Assembly (NCBI RefSeq): GCF_000150275.1
Contig: NW_002060949.1
Coordinates: 1,051,836 to 1,115,835, forward strand
Reading direction: 5' to 3'
DNA from: Trichoplax adhaerens
Taxonomy: Eukaryota; Animalia; Placozoa
Length of the DNA: 64,000 nucleotides
Every line of letters starts with the position of its first letter. The stretch's first letter is position 1. Under the pieces are notes generated by a model that was given only the letters and a program-made list of their open reading frames with translations, searched no databases and was not told where the DNA came from. Below, piece after piece: positions 1-13,500 of this stretch. A program made the translations under genes and the position numbers.

Positions 1-227
1 CATACTTTAGTCATAATATACACGTCTATTAAATTTGAAGCTCTATATTATGTTATAAAAATAATACTAATCGCTTTAATCTGTTAATTGAATTTTCCAT
101 ATTTTTGGCAATAATATGCATTAAATTATAGAACTTATGTCATTCTATAGAATACTACTCTCATTCTTAGTGTCAAATATCTATCTATACTATACGCTAT
201 CATTTACATTTATATTGATTATTCTAG

Positions 228-3200
228 GCAATGGCTACTTGATGCTTTAACTAGTATCGGTAATTCGGAATCGATGGTTCTTCTTGGCCAATTGATTAGT
301 AGTAAGATACTTTCTGAAAAGGATGCTCCTCACATTTTTATTCGTATACCAATGGCTCAAAATGTAACAGAACCCATGGTAGAATCGCTTTTAGTAAGTT
401 CCCAAGCGACCTATACTTTAATGTAGCGATGATCTTTAATAAAAATGGTCTATAATTAACACATTTATAGAATTATTATTAGACTTCACTCAATTTATCA
501 ATTCTTAAGGAAAATAACATAAATAAACCTAATTTCAACATAGACTGTCTGCAAATTACCTGAAGTCAGGAATAGTATAGCTATGCATCGATCTTGCTGG
601 TTGGCTTACGGTTCAAGTATTTTCAAGATGTGCAACTCCACGTATAACTGGAAAAATTGTCCCACAAAATATGTCCAAGTCTTGCATACCTCGTTGAATA
701 AAGTAACTAGCAATAAAGACAAATTATTGTGCTTGAAAGCAATTGGTAATGCTGGTTCACCATCGAGCTTACCTGTTTTAGCTCAAAAAATCAATCAAAC
801 ATCGCTCAGTCAAGATGAACGAGTGGCTGCCATTTACGCTATGAGAAGAATAGCTATCATAGAGCCTAAAGAGGTTTAAGTATAAAGCCAATATAAATTT
901 GTATAGCAATTACAATTCACCTTACTTCTATCAAACTGCAATTAAGACTGTTCTTTGTTTACAATATTCATTCCCTAATTATAATCATTTTAACTTAACG
1001 TTCAAAATTGAATTCTAGAACAATTACACTATGGTAGTTAGTGTTATAGCTTCAACTACAGTACTATCGCGATTGCATTTTATAAGTAGCCTTAACAATT
1101 TAACGAAATGTAACAGTGTAGGTTGCAGCACCCGTCTCTGTAGATTTAATTTATTAGGCTGAAATAATATATTTGATATGAATCCCTGATAATATACATT
1201 CTTTTTTTCTGTTATCATCACTTTTTATAGCAAAACTAAAGTAGCGAATATTAAATGTTGTCCAATGAATGGATATATTCCATTCAATCATGATCACAAT
1301 CTTAGATTGCTAAGTCAGTAATAGTGATCAAGATCATTTTAAATAATATTAGGTTATCTCGACTCTTTTACCGATCCATCTCAGCCATAGCGAAAATACG
1401 GAAATCCGAATTGCTTCTGTTGTTGTCATCTTTGATACTAAACCTAGTTTAGCAGTCTTGGAATTAGTTGCTGATGGTGTTCGAAAGGAAATGGATCAAC
1501 AAGTAGCTAGCTTTGTATATTCTCATCTAGTTGCCGTCTCAAGCAACAAATTGAAATGTTCACAAGAACTGTAAGTTCTTAATAATTAATAAGTGTATAG
1601 CTTTTAGTATTTTATGTCAAAGAATTTCATCTAAATTTCCTGGAATTGATCATAAAATTGAATAATTTGATAAAATTAATTGAATCTAAATTATAGTTAA
1701 TCTATCGAGTACGGTAATTTTTCTGATATCATATATTAAGTACTACCATCATGAGGTATAATGATTAAAAGTAAACATTTGATAAATATATAGGTATTTA
1801 CTATAGGTTATTTATGATTCTACTCGTCTGCCAAGTAATATGTTTAATTCCCTTACTATTGTACCCTCCGTAGTCCCACTTGTTCGCCCCTACCACTAAC
1901 CTAAACTTTTATTAAAGATGTCAGCAAAATACGATAAATAATATTATAACTACAATTATATCGTTAATTTAGCTCTTTAGTCTCTATAAATTTTCATTTA
2001 ATGAGCAAAAGATTATTTATTGAAAAGAGAGAAATCTCTAATTGTTTGTTGCGTATATTAGAGCTTCAAATGCCTATCTGGTGCTGAAGACCCTTAAACC
2101 TATTGGTAATATGTTCCAAAGTCGATCCTACCTGGTTTCCGCTTATTCTAGTATGTAGTTCTTCAAAATTCGAAATTTTAGACTTAACTATCTCGGGTTA
2201 CTTTGCTAGCCAATGCCACAAAATTGCTTGATAGCAAAATCATTCAATCAGAAAATAATTGGATGCTCGACAATCTTTAATCTGACTGCCATCATTTGCT
2301 ATAGAAATTTTGAAGATGGGTTCTGCTATCGATGTTAAAATGATCTACGATTCCAAAACGAAAGAACCAAGAAGTGTTTGCGTTAAATTTATATCCGATG
2401 CACTAAGCTATACCACCAGTACTATGGAGGTTCGTTAGTCCATTCTAAGATGAATGAATATTTCTATTTACAATAAAAAAATAATCAATTCTGGAGATAC
2501 CATAGTTTCGGTAATTCCAAATACCTATTTCTAAACTGCAGTCAAAAAAATCGATCATGAGATTAATTGATTCACTTTAAAAATAAAAACAAGAATAATA
2601 TCTCTATCTATAATACAGACAAATTCTAAGGTTCGCTGATAAATTTCTAAATGAACAGGCAATAATACTGCTTAAGTTGCCGTAGTTCTTGGATTCCTGT
2701 TTAAATTATAACTGAATTTCACCTATAAAGCTATCCAGCAAAGGAGATTATATTTCATCGAAACAATTAACTAGTTTTAAATTTCTACTCTTGACCTAAC
2801 AGATCGGCAGTTCTATGCACGGCTATACCTCGTTGATGTCTTATCCTAATGGAAGTCTTCCAATGTTACTAAGAGATCTCCAATCAAATACTGGAACAAT
2901 CTTTGAAAAAGCAAGTTAAACTTTATAAAATTATTCAATTACGGTTGCTTCTCTTTACAAGATTTAACTTTCCACTGTTTATGAACCTTGATCAATCAAT
3001 ATCCGCTATTCTTGTTAATTTTATCTATTTTAACTGTTTAACAATTGTTTAGCTTTCTAAATTCATAACCAAGATAAGCAATGTCAACAGTACCTTTTAC
3101 TTGAAATATTTCGGGGATGAAGTGTACTTTGATACTTTTAATTCGACGAGCATCATTGAGATTATTAGCCAATTGCAACGTCAATCTAAGTCGGTTAGTT

Positions 3201-6200
3201 CTTGGACAGATGGAAGTTTGTGGATGGAAAATGGGCATTCTATTCCAACTCAAATTGGGCTTCCACTCCATGTTAATATTACTGGTGTCGAGGCTAGATA
3301 TATGAATGCTTCATTATCATTGAATTTCAAGCAGTTACTGAATGCCTTGGGTAGCAAGAAAATTAGTTGGAATTGCTCCTTTACTCACAAGTTCGAAAGT
3401 TTTCTTTACAAATGATTTTTTTGCATTTAAATGGAGTAAAATGTATTGTGTTTAAGGCGGCATAATGAAAGCCCGAGAAAATTAAAGCTATGTAGAGTTT
3501 TTATATAGTTTATCCTTTAATTAAGTAATTTCTTAATTGGTTACTGATTTGTTAGAATAATGATAAAGAGTATTACTCTTGAAGATTCTTGCCCTATCGA
3601 TATCATACACTATCGCTATTACATTAGCTATCCTTAAATACTACCTTTCCGATTATCAAGTAAACCATGACAGTGAGCTTTAGCATTGAAGATTCTTCAC
3701 ATATAGCTACCAATAACCATCATATTGTTTAGCGGTTCTTTAATCCTAATTGTCGATAGATTAACAAGTTGTTAGAATAATGATAGAGAGTATTACTACC
3801 ACGAACTCTTCTTATGTAAACTACCAAGAGATAGTATTATCGCTCGTACCTAAATCATACGCTTTTTTGATAGATTGCAAAGTGATTGCGATAATAATAG
3901 AGAGCAATACTACTAAAAATTCTTTTATCGTACGATGACATGATTTCTAGCTAGCGTTATAACATTTTTCGTACCTTAATTCAGTACTTTCTTGAGGGAT
4001 TACAAGGTTGTTAGGATAATGAAGGAGTAATGTTGTTACTACCAATACTTATTATTAAACAAGCTTGCAGCAGATACTTATAGATTATCGCTCATGCTTA
4101 CTTATGTAGGCTAATGGAACTGCTTTTTATCCTAGATCAACTGATTTATTGTATGGTTCTATGGGCTTAGTCAGTTCTGCCATATCCTCTGGTATTAAAA
4201 TCAAATCTAGAGTATCTCATGAAGTCAGCCTGATATTCAGAACCACTGCCGATATAAGTACTGGAGAATTTGATATCTACCTTCAGCCATATCAACAAGA
4301 AAAAACTTTGGTAAAACATAGGTATGTTAGCATATCTGATAGACAACCACAGAATGTTATTCTTAAATTTTTAATGTGTTTTTAATTCGGAATGGAAGCA
4401 ACCTTAGCAATCTTCCTGATACTACCATTCGGTCACATAAGTATATCTTATAACTAATCATTTCCCTCTTGCTCTTCGCAATTTAATCACTTTACGTAGC
4501 TTGAATATTTACAACTATGTCAGAGTACAAGCTCAGCAGCCTAGATATACTTCTATAACCGAAAGTAAACTATTAAATCCAACTAAGGTATGAATTTGAT
4601 TCTTATTCAATTTAGTTCGATAATTTTCTCCATTTCTTGGAGCTTTAGATAACAATTTTTGATCTGTCTTACCTTTGAGAGCACCAGTTACTGTAGTGCT
4701 ATTGAAAATTTAATTCAATTATAGTAAACGATATCTTAGCATAATAATATCATTTCAAAAATACGTTACCAACTTAGTACATTATACATTATTTTTCTTG
4801 CTATTGCTTAAAATACTCGTGCTAATTCTATCCTATGATACTACTCTAATCGCTGCAGCTTATATAGCGTGAACAGATTGAGTAGATTTCAAACAAACTC
4901 CTTAATCGTGGGAATTGCGTATATTTAATAGCTTTAAATGATACCTTTAGCGTAACATCAAATATCTTAAAACCCTTACAGTTCCCCGCATCATGCTATG
5001 AAATTAGTCCGGACGGCAGAAAACTCTGTCTTGAAGCATTGTACTACCGGCCTACTAGAAATTCTCCTTGGTTGCCATTTACAGGACCGATGCAATCACG
5101 CATTTGGATCAAACCTAGTAGCGAGCCTCGGCCGATACATATTTCTTATCGACATCTCCCAAGTTCTGATAAAATGATTCGAAAATCTATGCTTGCAGTT
5201 CAATTCCTATCCAGATATCAGCGAGAGCTGCATATTAAATATGATGGACACACTCAAATGGCTAGTTATCGCCTTACTGCTTCCGATCGTAGCCAAGGTG
5301 GAAAGCAAATAACAGTTGGCTGTGTTATGATTCAATTTCCTGTTAATATGTCTATGCCACTCTCTATCCATATGGGATATAATTGCTCGTATGATCAAGT
5401 AGTTATAGCTTGTAATAAACAACAAAATTCAACCGTTTTTCAAGTCAGTGGAAAAACCATAGGTACTACACTATACGTCAACAAAATTAGCGATATGATG
5501 GCACCGTACACGCCAACCGATTTAGCAGTTATCACCAGGTAAGCAACAGTAATCAAATTTTTAAAATTATAACTTAGCAATGAATTCCAAAATTTGACTT
5601 TTACCTGTACGCTATGGTTAGAAGCAAGCTTGGACTATCGTGATGATCGCTATCGTTTACTAAAACAGTCTATTATTACTAACGAGATATCTAGCGAAAT
5701 GTCTGTTATATTTTGTGTAATAAGTACAGTACATTTCATGAGATGAATTTGCCACTGACTCCTTATGGCAATAATTCGATATAGTTTTTCAGTTCTGCAC
5801 TTTACATATGATTACACTTTGCGCTATCACACACATAATTGCTTTCCAGCTCTAAGTATTGGTTGCTCTCACAGGGTGTAATTATATAATTATTATAGTA
5901 AGTTTTAAGTCCGCCTTTTACGTTGATATAAAGCTATAATAATACAAATACTACAATTAGATTTTCATAACAATATTATAAAGTGTTATGAAAATGTTGA
6001 TATTTGATAGTATATTTAACACTATATGTAAAAAATACCGCAGTTTGTATCTAACGGTATATCTAACAATATCACACAACGTTAAGAGATTCTATGACAC
6101 ATTCATACACGTACAATATTAAAAATGTTAAAATAGCTATGTGTACATTTCTATTCCATTTAATTTCGCTCGATCGTATATATAAGTGACATTAGTGGCT

Positions 6201-7971
6201 ATCTAGTGTTTAATATAGCAAGGCAAAGGTGGAATAGTACAAATGTTACAAATTTTGCCTAGCTCGGTCTTATCCTGTAACATAAATTTGAAAAATCACG
6301 ATAATTGGCATCATTTACTAAAGTAATTCCAATTTTAAATTAGATACTTTATGATATACGCCTACGTATAAATATTAGTCAACATCAGGTTCTTTGGTAT
6401 CTGAGTACATGAAATTTATACGTATTCTGTAAAATCGAAGATAGCTATGGCTACTTTTCTATTTCATCAGACTCTACACGATAGCAATATACGAATATAA
6501 TTGTAAATATTTGGTACTTAGCGATCTGTTTAGCTAGATAACGATATAATATTGCTATTAATGATAATTTAGAATGTACGCAAACATATTCATTTCTCTA
6601 CTATTCAGGAATTATACCAATAGGTACTATCCAACCGTGGATATTGCCACTGATGCTTTTACTCCGCAACAGTTTACACTAACAGCTAGAGCTATATTAA
6701 CAATGGATTATACCGATAAACAAACCAATAAACCATCGTCACCAATACAGGAGTCAAAACGAGGCGGTAAGATGAATATCTTTTGCTCAACATTAAAATT
6801 AATCTGTATCCAGGGCAAAGAATCCAATAATTTTAGTCTGAACTCTTTGTAAAATTTATCATGATCGTATCGCCGACTTTTCCTCCAATTTTCTTATATT
6901 TTATTAGCTACCTGCTTGGTTGACATTGGCACCGTAAAAACCTTTAATAATGCGACATATCACTATTTAAATCCTGGAGATTGTCCTTTAACCTTAGCTA
7001 CTGACTGCTCTGGAAACGGTAGATTTACTATCAGTGAAGAATTAAACGGAGTTCAAAAAATTGTTAAATTGACTTTTAGTACCCATGTGATAATATTGAA
7101 GCCCAATCGTGTTGTTTTGGTCGATAACGAAAAGGTTATAGTGAATACTAATCGACCCTATAATGATCCATCAAGGTTATTCACTATCACTTTGAGGAAA
7201 GAGCCAGTTCACACCTACGTTATTGTTAATGTCAAAAATCACTTTATCGTAACTTATGGTGAGATATCGGTAAGTTATGGTAAAATTTGATAGAACGATA
7301 TTTATTAAAGACTTTTTTATTAACAGTTAATATGCTAAATAGTTAAGTAGATTGACACTAGAACCTATCCTATTTTTCGTCGATCATATAGACTAAGATT
7401 ACCTATACTGCAAAACCATCTTATCCCGTTTGCGGCATGTGTGGCTATGCAACACAACCCAAAGGATTAAATGCAGGTTATAATGCTATTAAAGAATGGA
7501 TCCAACCTAGTGCATCATGTCATGGAGGTTTGTGATAAAAAATTGAGATGCATATAATACAAGATAAAATGTACGATATACTGTATCGCTATTATAGTAT
7601 CAGTAATATATTGGTCAGTCTGATGTGGAGATAAAAATTTTGAATGAAGGTTTTCTTGTTCCGTTACATGGCTAGGTTGCCCATTGAAACTTACGCCTAA
7701 AGTGGCTAAGGTTGGCAGTCAAGTCTGCTTTACATCTCGTCCAACTTTAAAATGCAAACCAGGCTGTACTCCAACGGGAAGTCTTGCAGTTCCACATCAT
7801 TTATTTTGTCCTGATGCAGTGGCTGAAAAGGACTTAACTAAGCAGTATATCTCAAACCAACAGACATTTAATTATGAGCTCCTACGTACTAGCTCAACAA
7901 GAGTAGTTCCGACTATTATTTCGGAAGATTACAAATGTCAGTGTTCACCTCTGTGTGATTTGATGCATTAA
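228..7971 (+). CDS. vtg: Vitellogenin / large lipid transfer protein, 5' end outside the window. Exons about 228-393, 544-873, 1353-1570, 2063-2151, 2305-2429, 2803-2910, 3053-3390, 4136-4321, 4500-4587, 4982-5538, 6609-6766, 6908-7269, 7392-7527, 7676-7971
   Basis: The spliced translation gives LLTP hallmarks: WLLDAL, LKAIGNAG, RVAAIYAMRRIA, EIRIASVVVIFDTKPS, EMDQQVASFVYSHL, YLKYFGDEV and PTQIGLPL. A vWD domain follows (TCLVDIGTVKTFNNATY...DCPLTLATDCS...CGMCG), then the vitellogenin C-terminal motif QVCFTSRPTLKCKPGCTP. Intron phases are compatible throughout. Confidence 0.9.
3550..4045. repeat. Diverged ~110-120 bp tandem repeat (about 4-5 copies) in a vitellogenin intron
   Basis: A GTTAGAATAATGATA(A/G)AGAGTATTACT-like motif recurs at about 3551, 3771, 3890 and 4010, and TTGAAGATTCTT at about 3579 and 3686. 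Confidence 0.6.
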
Positions 7972-8599
7972 TTTACGTTGATCTACTAGTATTATGGTTA
8001 ATTGCTCTGCTCAGTAGAATGATACCTTTGTGTTGTCTTTCGTAGGATTTAATTTGTTAGTAAACTGTGATAACGCTTGAAGTACTGAAATGATTAACAG
8101 ATAAAATTAGCACTTTCTGCATAAGTAATGATGACTTACTTCATCTCATTTAATAAAATGCTATTTTCGTTTTGCAATCCATCACATGATTACAATTGAT
8201 TGTGGCAAATACGAATTTGCATAGGGTATGAAGATGTAACGTATTTAGAGTTACTTTTCAATCTTTTTATTATTGAATTGCCATCTACGGGTATATCATC
8301 GAAGAGTCTGGAATATTAGTATAACAGTAGCACTGTACCATGCACATAACAATCAATGGCTAGCTACTATAAAGCATTAAATACAAATATCCAACTGTAG
8401 AAAATTTACCTATCCACTCTATAGTACTGTACAATTAGAGTGACGAATTTACAAATGTGCAAAAGTATAATACAATCTATATACAGTACTACAGTATGCA
8501 AGTACCGATGCAGTACTATTAATATAAGTATATAACGCTACAGAAATATGGCCTTTGCATAATTTCAAAGTTATGATCGCATTTGCTTTCAATTCGATA

Positions 8600-9587
8600 T
8601 TAGTAACATGGTTCAAATATCGTTTGATGAAGATCTATCGTTTCATACAGCCAGATAGTCATTGTATCTGGATTTGAGGATAAATCCGCCATCTTCAGAG
8701 CTCGGATTATTACTTGATCCTTGGTTATATGTAATATTTCACCAATAGCCATGACATATGATCCTAAGTAAGGAACAAATCGATTAAATTTTGTTGTAAG
8801 CACATTGATGAATTTATTAAATGTTAATTCATTGTATAGTATTATTTACATTTACATTTATTTATCATATGGTCACAATTCAATGACTATTATGTTGGTA
8901 ATTTACGATTTAAAATGATGATATCGCTTTAATTCACAATGGATTATAGACTTGTTGATATAAAATCGTTCCGATTGTTTAAGCGTTAGCATAAAGTAGA
9001 CTTTACCTACAGCGCAGCATAACTCGGAATAAGACTGAAGTATCAGGCACAAAAAGGTAGACGATTTTTACTGTATCCAATATAACTTTACAACAGTGTT
9101 TTGCCACTTGAAGCAAAAGTATACATGTACTTGCTCCTTAAACTCGATATTCACCGTCTGAGTAAAGAGCATCTGTACTCTTGCAATTAACCCTAGCTTG
9201 GTATTTTTTTTACCTTTATGGGCCAGTTATCATCTACTGCACGTGCATAGTACAACGGGCACAACGTATATCAGTATCCACTTATTCATATATCAACTTG
9301 CCTACTTTAATTTTTTGATCGCTTAAAATTCTTTTGACCTGACATATCTTGGCTCTACCTGTACCATCATCTAATAAGAGTGCATCACCATCATCTTGCC
9401 ATTCTAATAAGTCACCTTGTAGCCAAATACAACGCAGTGGCAGAGATTGTTGATTGCACCTTTTCAAGGCTAATTGCAAGCGTTGAGCTCCAAGACCGGC
9501 ACGAATAATCTGACTGATGAAAAACTTAACTGACGGTTGAGACAAAATGGAATTGCTGCCATATTTACTACCCGTTGCAGTAGTCAT
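8600..9587 (-). CDS. RMI2: RecQ-mediated genome instability protein 2 (OB fold), exons 9587-9302 and 8763-8600, about 149 aa
   Basis: PSVKFFISQI...IWLQG...LLLDDGTG...VG/SYVMAIG...IRALKMADLSSNPDTMTIWLYETIDLH matches RMI2 (VWMQG, LRDPSG, GKYVMVMG, AVKMTDLSDNP, MWELEVEDLH). The join needs a GC-AG intron. Confidence 0.88.
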
Positions 9588-9992
9588 TTTAGCCACATAA
9601 GCTCAGCACTGATTTGCAGCCTAGGCTAGAGTTTATACTTTCTAATCCAACAGAGCTCCACAGCCTGCTGCCATTTAGCTTCATTGGCAGCTCTAGCTAT
9701 TAAGCAATCAACGAGGCTTGCATCAGCCTTCGTTGTTGTTACCCATATGAACTTCTATCGAGATTCTGCCTCAAATGTATGTTACAGTATGAGCAATTGA
9801 GCGTGAATTGCGCATGTAAGGTATCACACAGGTGCACTTCGTACCGTATTGTACACTGTCGACTTACCGTACTGTACTGTACTGCTGCAGACATTACTAC
9901 ACTTACTGTTACTATAGAGATAGCGCTCAAATGACTGTCACTATACAGATATCTCTCAAATGACTGTGACTACAGATTTAGTATAGAAATTG

Positions 9993-10517
9993 GATGTCCA
10001 GTTTCTGTCTAGTGTTCCATCCGTATCATCGATTCCAATGCGATATACTATACTGTACTGTCAGAACTACTGACACCAGCATCAGTTGATGTCCAGTTTC
10101 TGTCTGGTGTTCCGTCCGGACCATCGATTCCGATGCGATATACTGTCAGAACTACTGACACCAGCATCAGTTGATGTCCAGTTTCTGTCTGATGTTCCGT
10201 CCGTATCATCGATTCCAATGCGATATACTGTACTGTCAGAACTACTGACACCAGCATCAGTTGATGTCCAGTTTCTGTCTGGTGTTCCGTCCGTATCATC
10301 GATTCCAATGCGATATACTGTCAGAACTACTGACACCAGCATCAGTTGATGTCCAGTTTCTGTCTGAAGTTCCGTCCGTATCATCGATTCCAATGCGTTA
10401 TACCGTCAGAACTACTGACACCAGCATCAGTTGATGTCCATTTTCTGTCTGGTGTTCCGTCCGTACCATCGATTCCAATGCGATATACTGTCAGAACTAC
10501 TGACACCAGCATCAGTT
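9993..10517. repeat. Tandem array of 6 copies of an 85-bp unit (95, 85, 90, 85, 85, 85 bp) ending 30 bp before the HDAC3 ATG
   Basis: The unit GATGTCCAGTTTCTGTCTGGTGTTCCGTCCGTATCATCGATTCCAATGCGATATACTGTCAGAACTACTGACACCAGCATCAGTT starts at 9993, 10088, 10173, 10263, 10348 and 10433. Length variants come from extra 5-bp TACTG-type units. Confidence 0.97.
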
Positions 10518-10547
10518 GCTTCCCGCTCGACCTGCAAGCCAAGCAAA

Positions 10548-13500
10548 ATGGGCCCCAAACGCGATGTCATGTATTTCTATGATCCAGAAGTGGGTAATTT
10601 CCATTATGGTAAGTTCAGTCAGTTAATGATTTCCACTAGTTGCTGCTAGCTGCTAGGATGAAATACTTGTTTCTGTATAAAAATAAAAATTATCAAAACC
10701 ACTGATAGTATTACTGTACAGTACACTGGTGGATGGAATCTGTCAAGAAGCAAGACAGAATATTGCAATTGAACAATATTCGACTTGATGCCAACGACAA
10801 TAATGATATAATAAATAGGAATAGTAAATAATATTAATAATTCGTGCTTTCATGTATATCGACAGGCAAAGGACATCCCATGAAACCGCATAGGATATCT
10901 TTAACCAACAGTTTAGTCTTAAGTTTTGGATTACACAAGAAAATGACTGTAAGTTTCATTAGAGCATGGCCTGATCGATTCGGATCTGCCTTATAAATGC
11001 TGTCATATTCTTCATTACACTAGCCTTATTAGCTTACGTATTCACCTTGATAAAACGGAATATAACGTAGTAAGATGATTTTTGATATTCAAATACAGAT
11101 GTTTCGGTCTATCCCAGCTTCCGATTTCAACTTGTGCCGTTTTCATGCATACGATTATATAGAATTTCTTAAAAAGTAAGATAATCCAATGAAAAGTTAC
11201 TTGTAATCGAAATGGATAGGCTATGGATCGCTATTTAGACGCATTCTTGCTGATAAGCTTAACTTTATTACAGGATCACACCCGCAAATATAAGAGAATT
11301 TCCTTATAGTACCTTGAACACGTACAACGTTGGCGATGATTGGTAATGATGATCATTTCTCTAGCTGTTAATAACACACAGTATAGTATAATAGGAAGTT
11401 ATAAAAATAATGTACTAGGATATCGCTATTGAACTCGTAAAGTATCCAGTAAGCTGATATATGCGCTCAGTTTATCTTTGAATAGTACACAATATTCCAT
11501 CATATATGCAGTTTACCATTGCATCAGGGACTTCTAGGAGAATTTCTTGTAGCAGTCCCTGATTGTATGCTATAATGTTGATCAACGTTACTATTCTATT
11601 CATAATACAGTAAACCCTGCTAGTATAGTTATACTGTGCAATACAATCATGATTGATACCATGCATTATAAGAATTCATTTATGGAGAAACGGACGGTAA
11701 TGTATCGCCATAAATTTTTTTGCTAGACATTTGCGATCATTAAGGCCACTATCAATACCAGTTTAGGTTCTAGAGATTATTTTAATGAAACAAACAATTT
11801 CATCAATTAATTAAGCTTAATTTTCTTGTATTATCGAAATGAAATTGCCTCATAGTCCTGTTTTTGGTGGCCTTTTTGATTTTTGTGCTATGTATACTGG
11901 AGCATCGCTTCAAGGAGCAACGAAAATAAATCATCAGGTAAGTTCATCCATACGATATCTTGGTACACTTGATAAAGTAAAAGTGTGCTCACCGAACTAG
12001 TAAAATAAGATTTTTGTTTTAAAAATACAAGAAATACTGTGGTAGGATTCCTTTAACATCTTTTTATGCTCACTTCTACAACTAGGTCACTCTTATTATA
12101 CTAATTCTAATGATACCGGCAACTTATCAATCTGCCCTTTTTTACAGGAATGTGACATCGCTATTAATTGGTCAGGGGGATTGCACCATGCAAAAAAGAG
12201 AGAAGTAAACAATCTTTTAACGTAGATAAATGATAATCATAGGATGTTTTACTTTCGTATATGATGGGCCAAGGCTCGGCGTGAAATCTATTGATGTATT
12301 AATCATTTATAAGCAACTTCGGAAATCATACATTTATCAATACAACTACAGACTGTAGCTATAGTCGTTCAATTGTAATTTAAGGATCATATTTAGTTTA
12401 CTTTCTAACTATTCTTTGCATCCTAATTCTCATTCATGCGAAAGGCCTCTGGATTCTGTTATGTCAACGATATTGTGGTTGCAATATTGGAACTGCTAAA
12501 GTAAGCAATTCTTGTTTACGAGTACAGTATCACTCTGTTTTAATATTACCAAGATAACATTATATCAAGTAAAATTACAAGATCTGATTATAAATTTCTG
12601 CTTTAATACAGAATCATTTCTTTCTGTAATCATTAAAATTACATTCTAACATACTGTATCATTGTATACCAAACAATTTCTCCATGCAGGTATCATGCCC
12701 GAGTATTATACATCGATATAGATGTTCATCATGGTGATGGCGTTCAGGTAAATTTTTTGTTTAAGCCTATCGTTACATTTTATGCAGTTCTATTATCACA
12801 TGTTATTAAAATTTTGAGACGAACGCGGAATAACTGAGTTATATGATTTGGAATGCTTTTAGTGTTATGCTTTATCCTTTAGTTTATTATAAATAATATA
12901 TTAAGTACGCGTATTTAATTTTTTCTGTCTAATTGATTATACAAAGTTGTTAGATATCTCGATGGTATTGAACGATCTACTATATGTTATAATTATTTAC
13001 AGAATTAGGAATGTGATGCTAATCGTCTCACTTTACTGCAACAATACACTGATATACAGCATTATTCAACATTTAGGAAGCGTTTTATCTAACTGATCGT
13101 GTTATGACTGTATCTTTTCACAAGTATGGAGATCAATTCTTTCCTGGAACAGGTAATTAAGTAGTTCAGGATTATCTAGAGGGATACTTTCATTCTATAT
13201 GCAGGAACATACTTATATATTAAAAGATCTAGTATTTATTAAATTTGTAAATGTACGCTTTTTGTGTTTTAACATCGAACGAACAGGTGATATGTATGAA
13301 ATTGGAACTGATAGAGGAAAATACTACTCTATTAATGTGCCATTGAAAGATGGCATTGACGACCATGGTAGTAAAAGAATAAAGGCTAAATTCTTTAATA
13401 TCTAAGATAGCAAATCAATTTAGTAATCTTTTTTTTGCATTATCAGGCTATTTATATGTTTTTAAGCCCGTCATAGAAGCTGTAATTCAACATTACCAAC

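Noticed and set aside
9650-9740. Two adjacent hairpins upstream of RMI2 as an H/ACA snoRNA or SECIS element
   Set aside because: No properly placed H or ACA box, the location is 5' rather than 3'UTR, and the stems are short.
9993-10517. CRISPR array, or protein-coding ORFs in the 85-bp repeat
   Set aside because: Units are contiguous with no unique spacers, there are no cas genes and the context is eukaryotic. The 85-bp unit is not a multiple of 3, so the overlapping ORFs are by-products.
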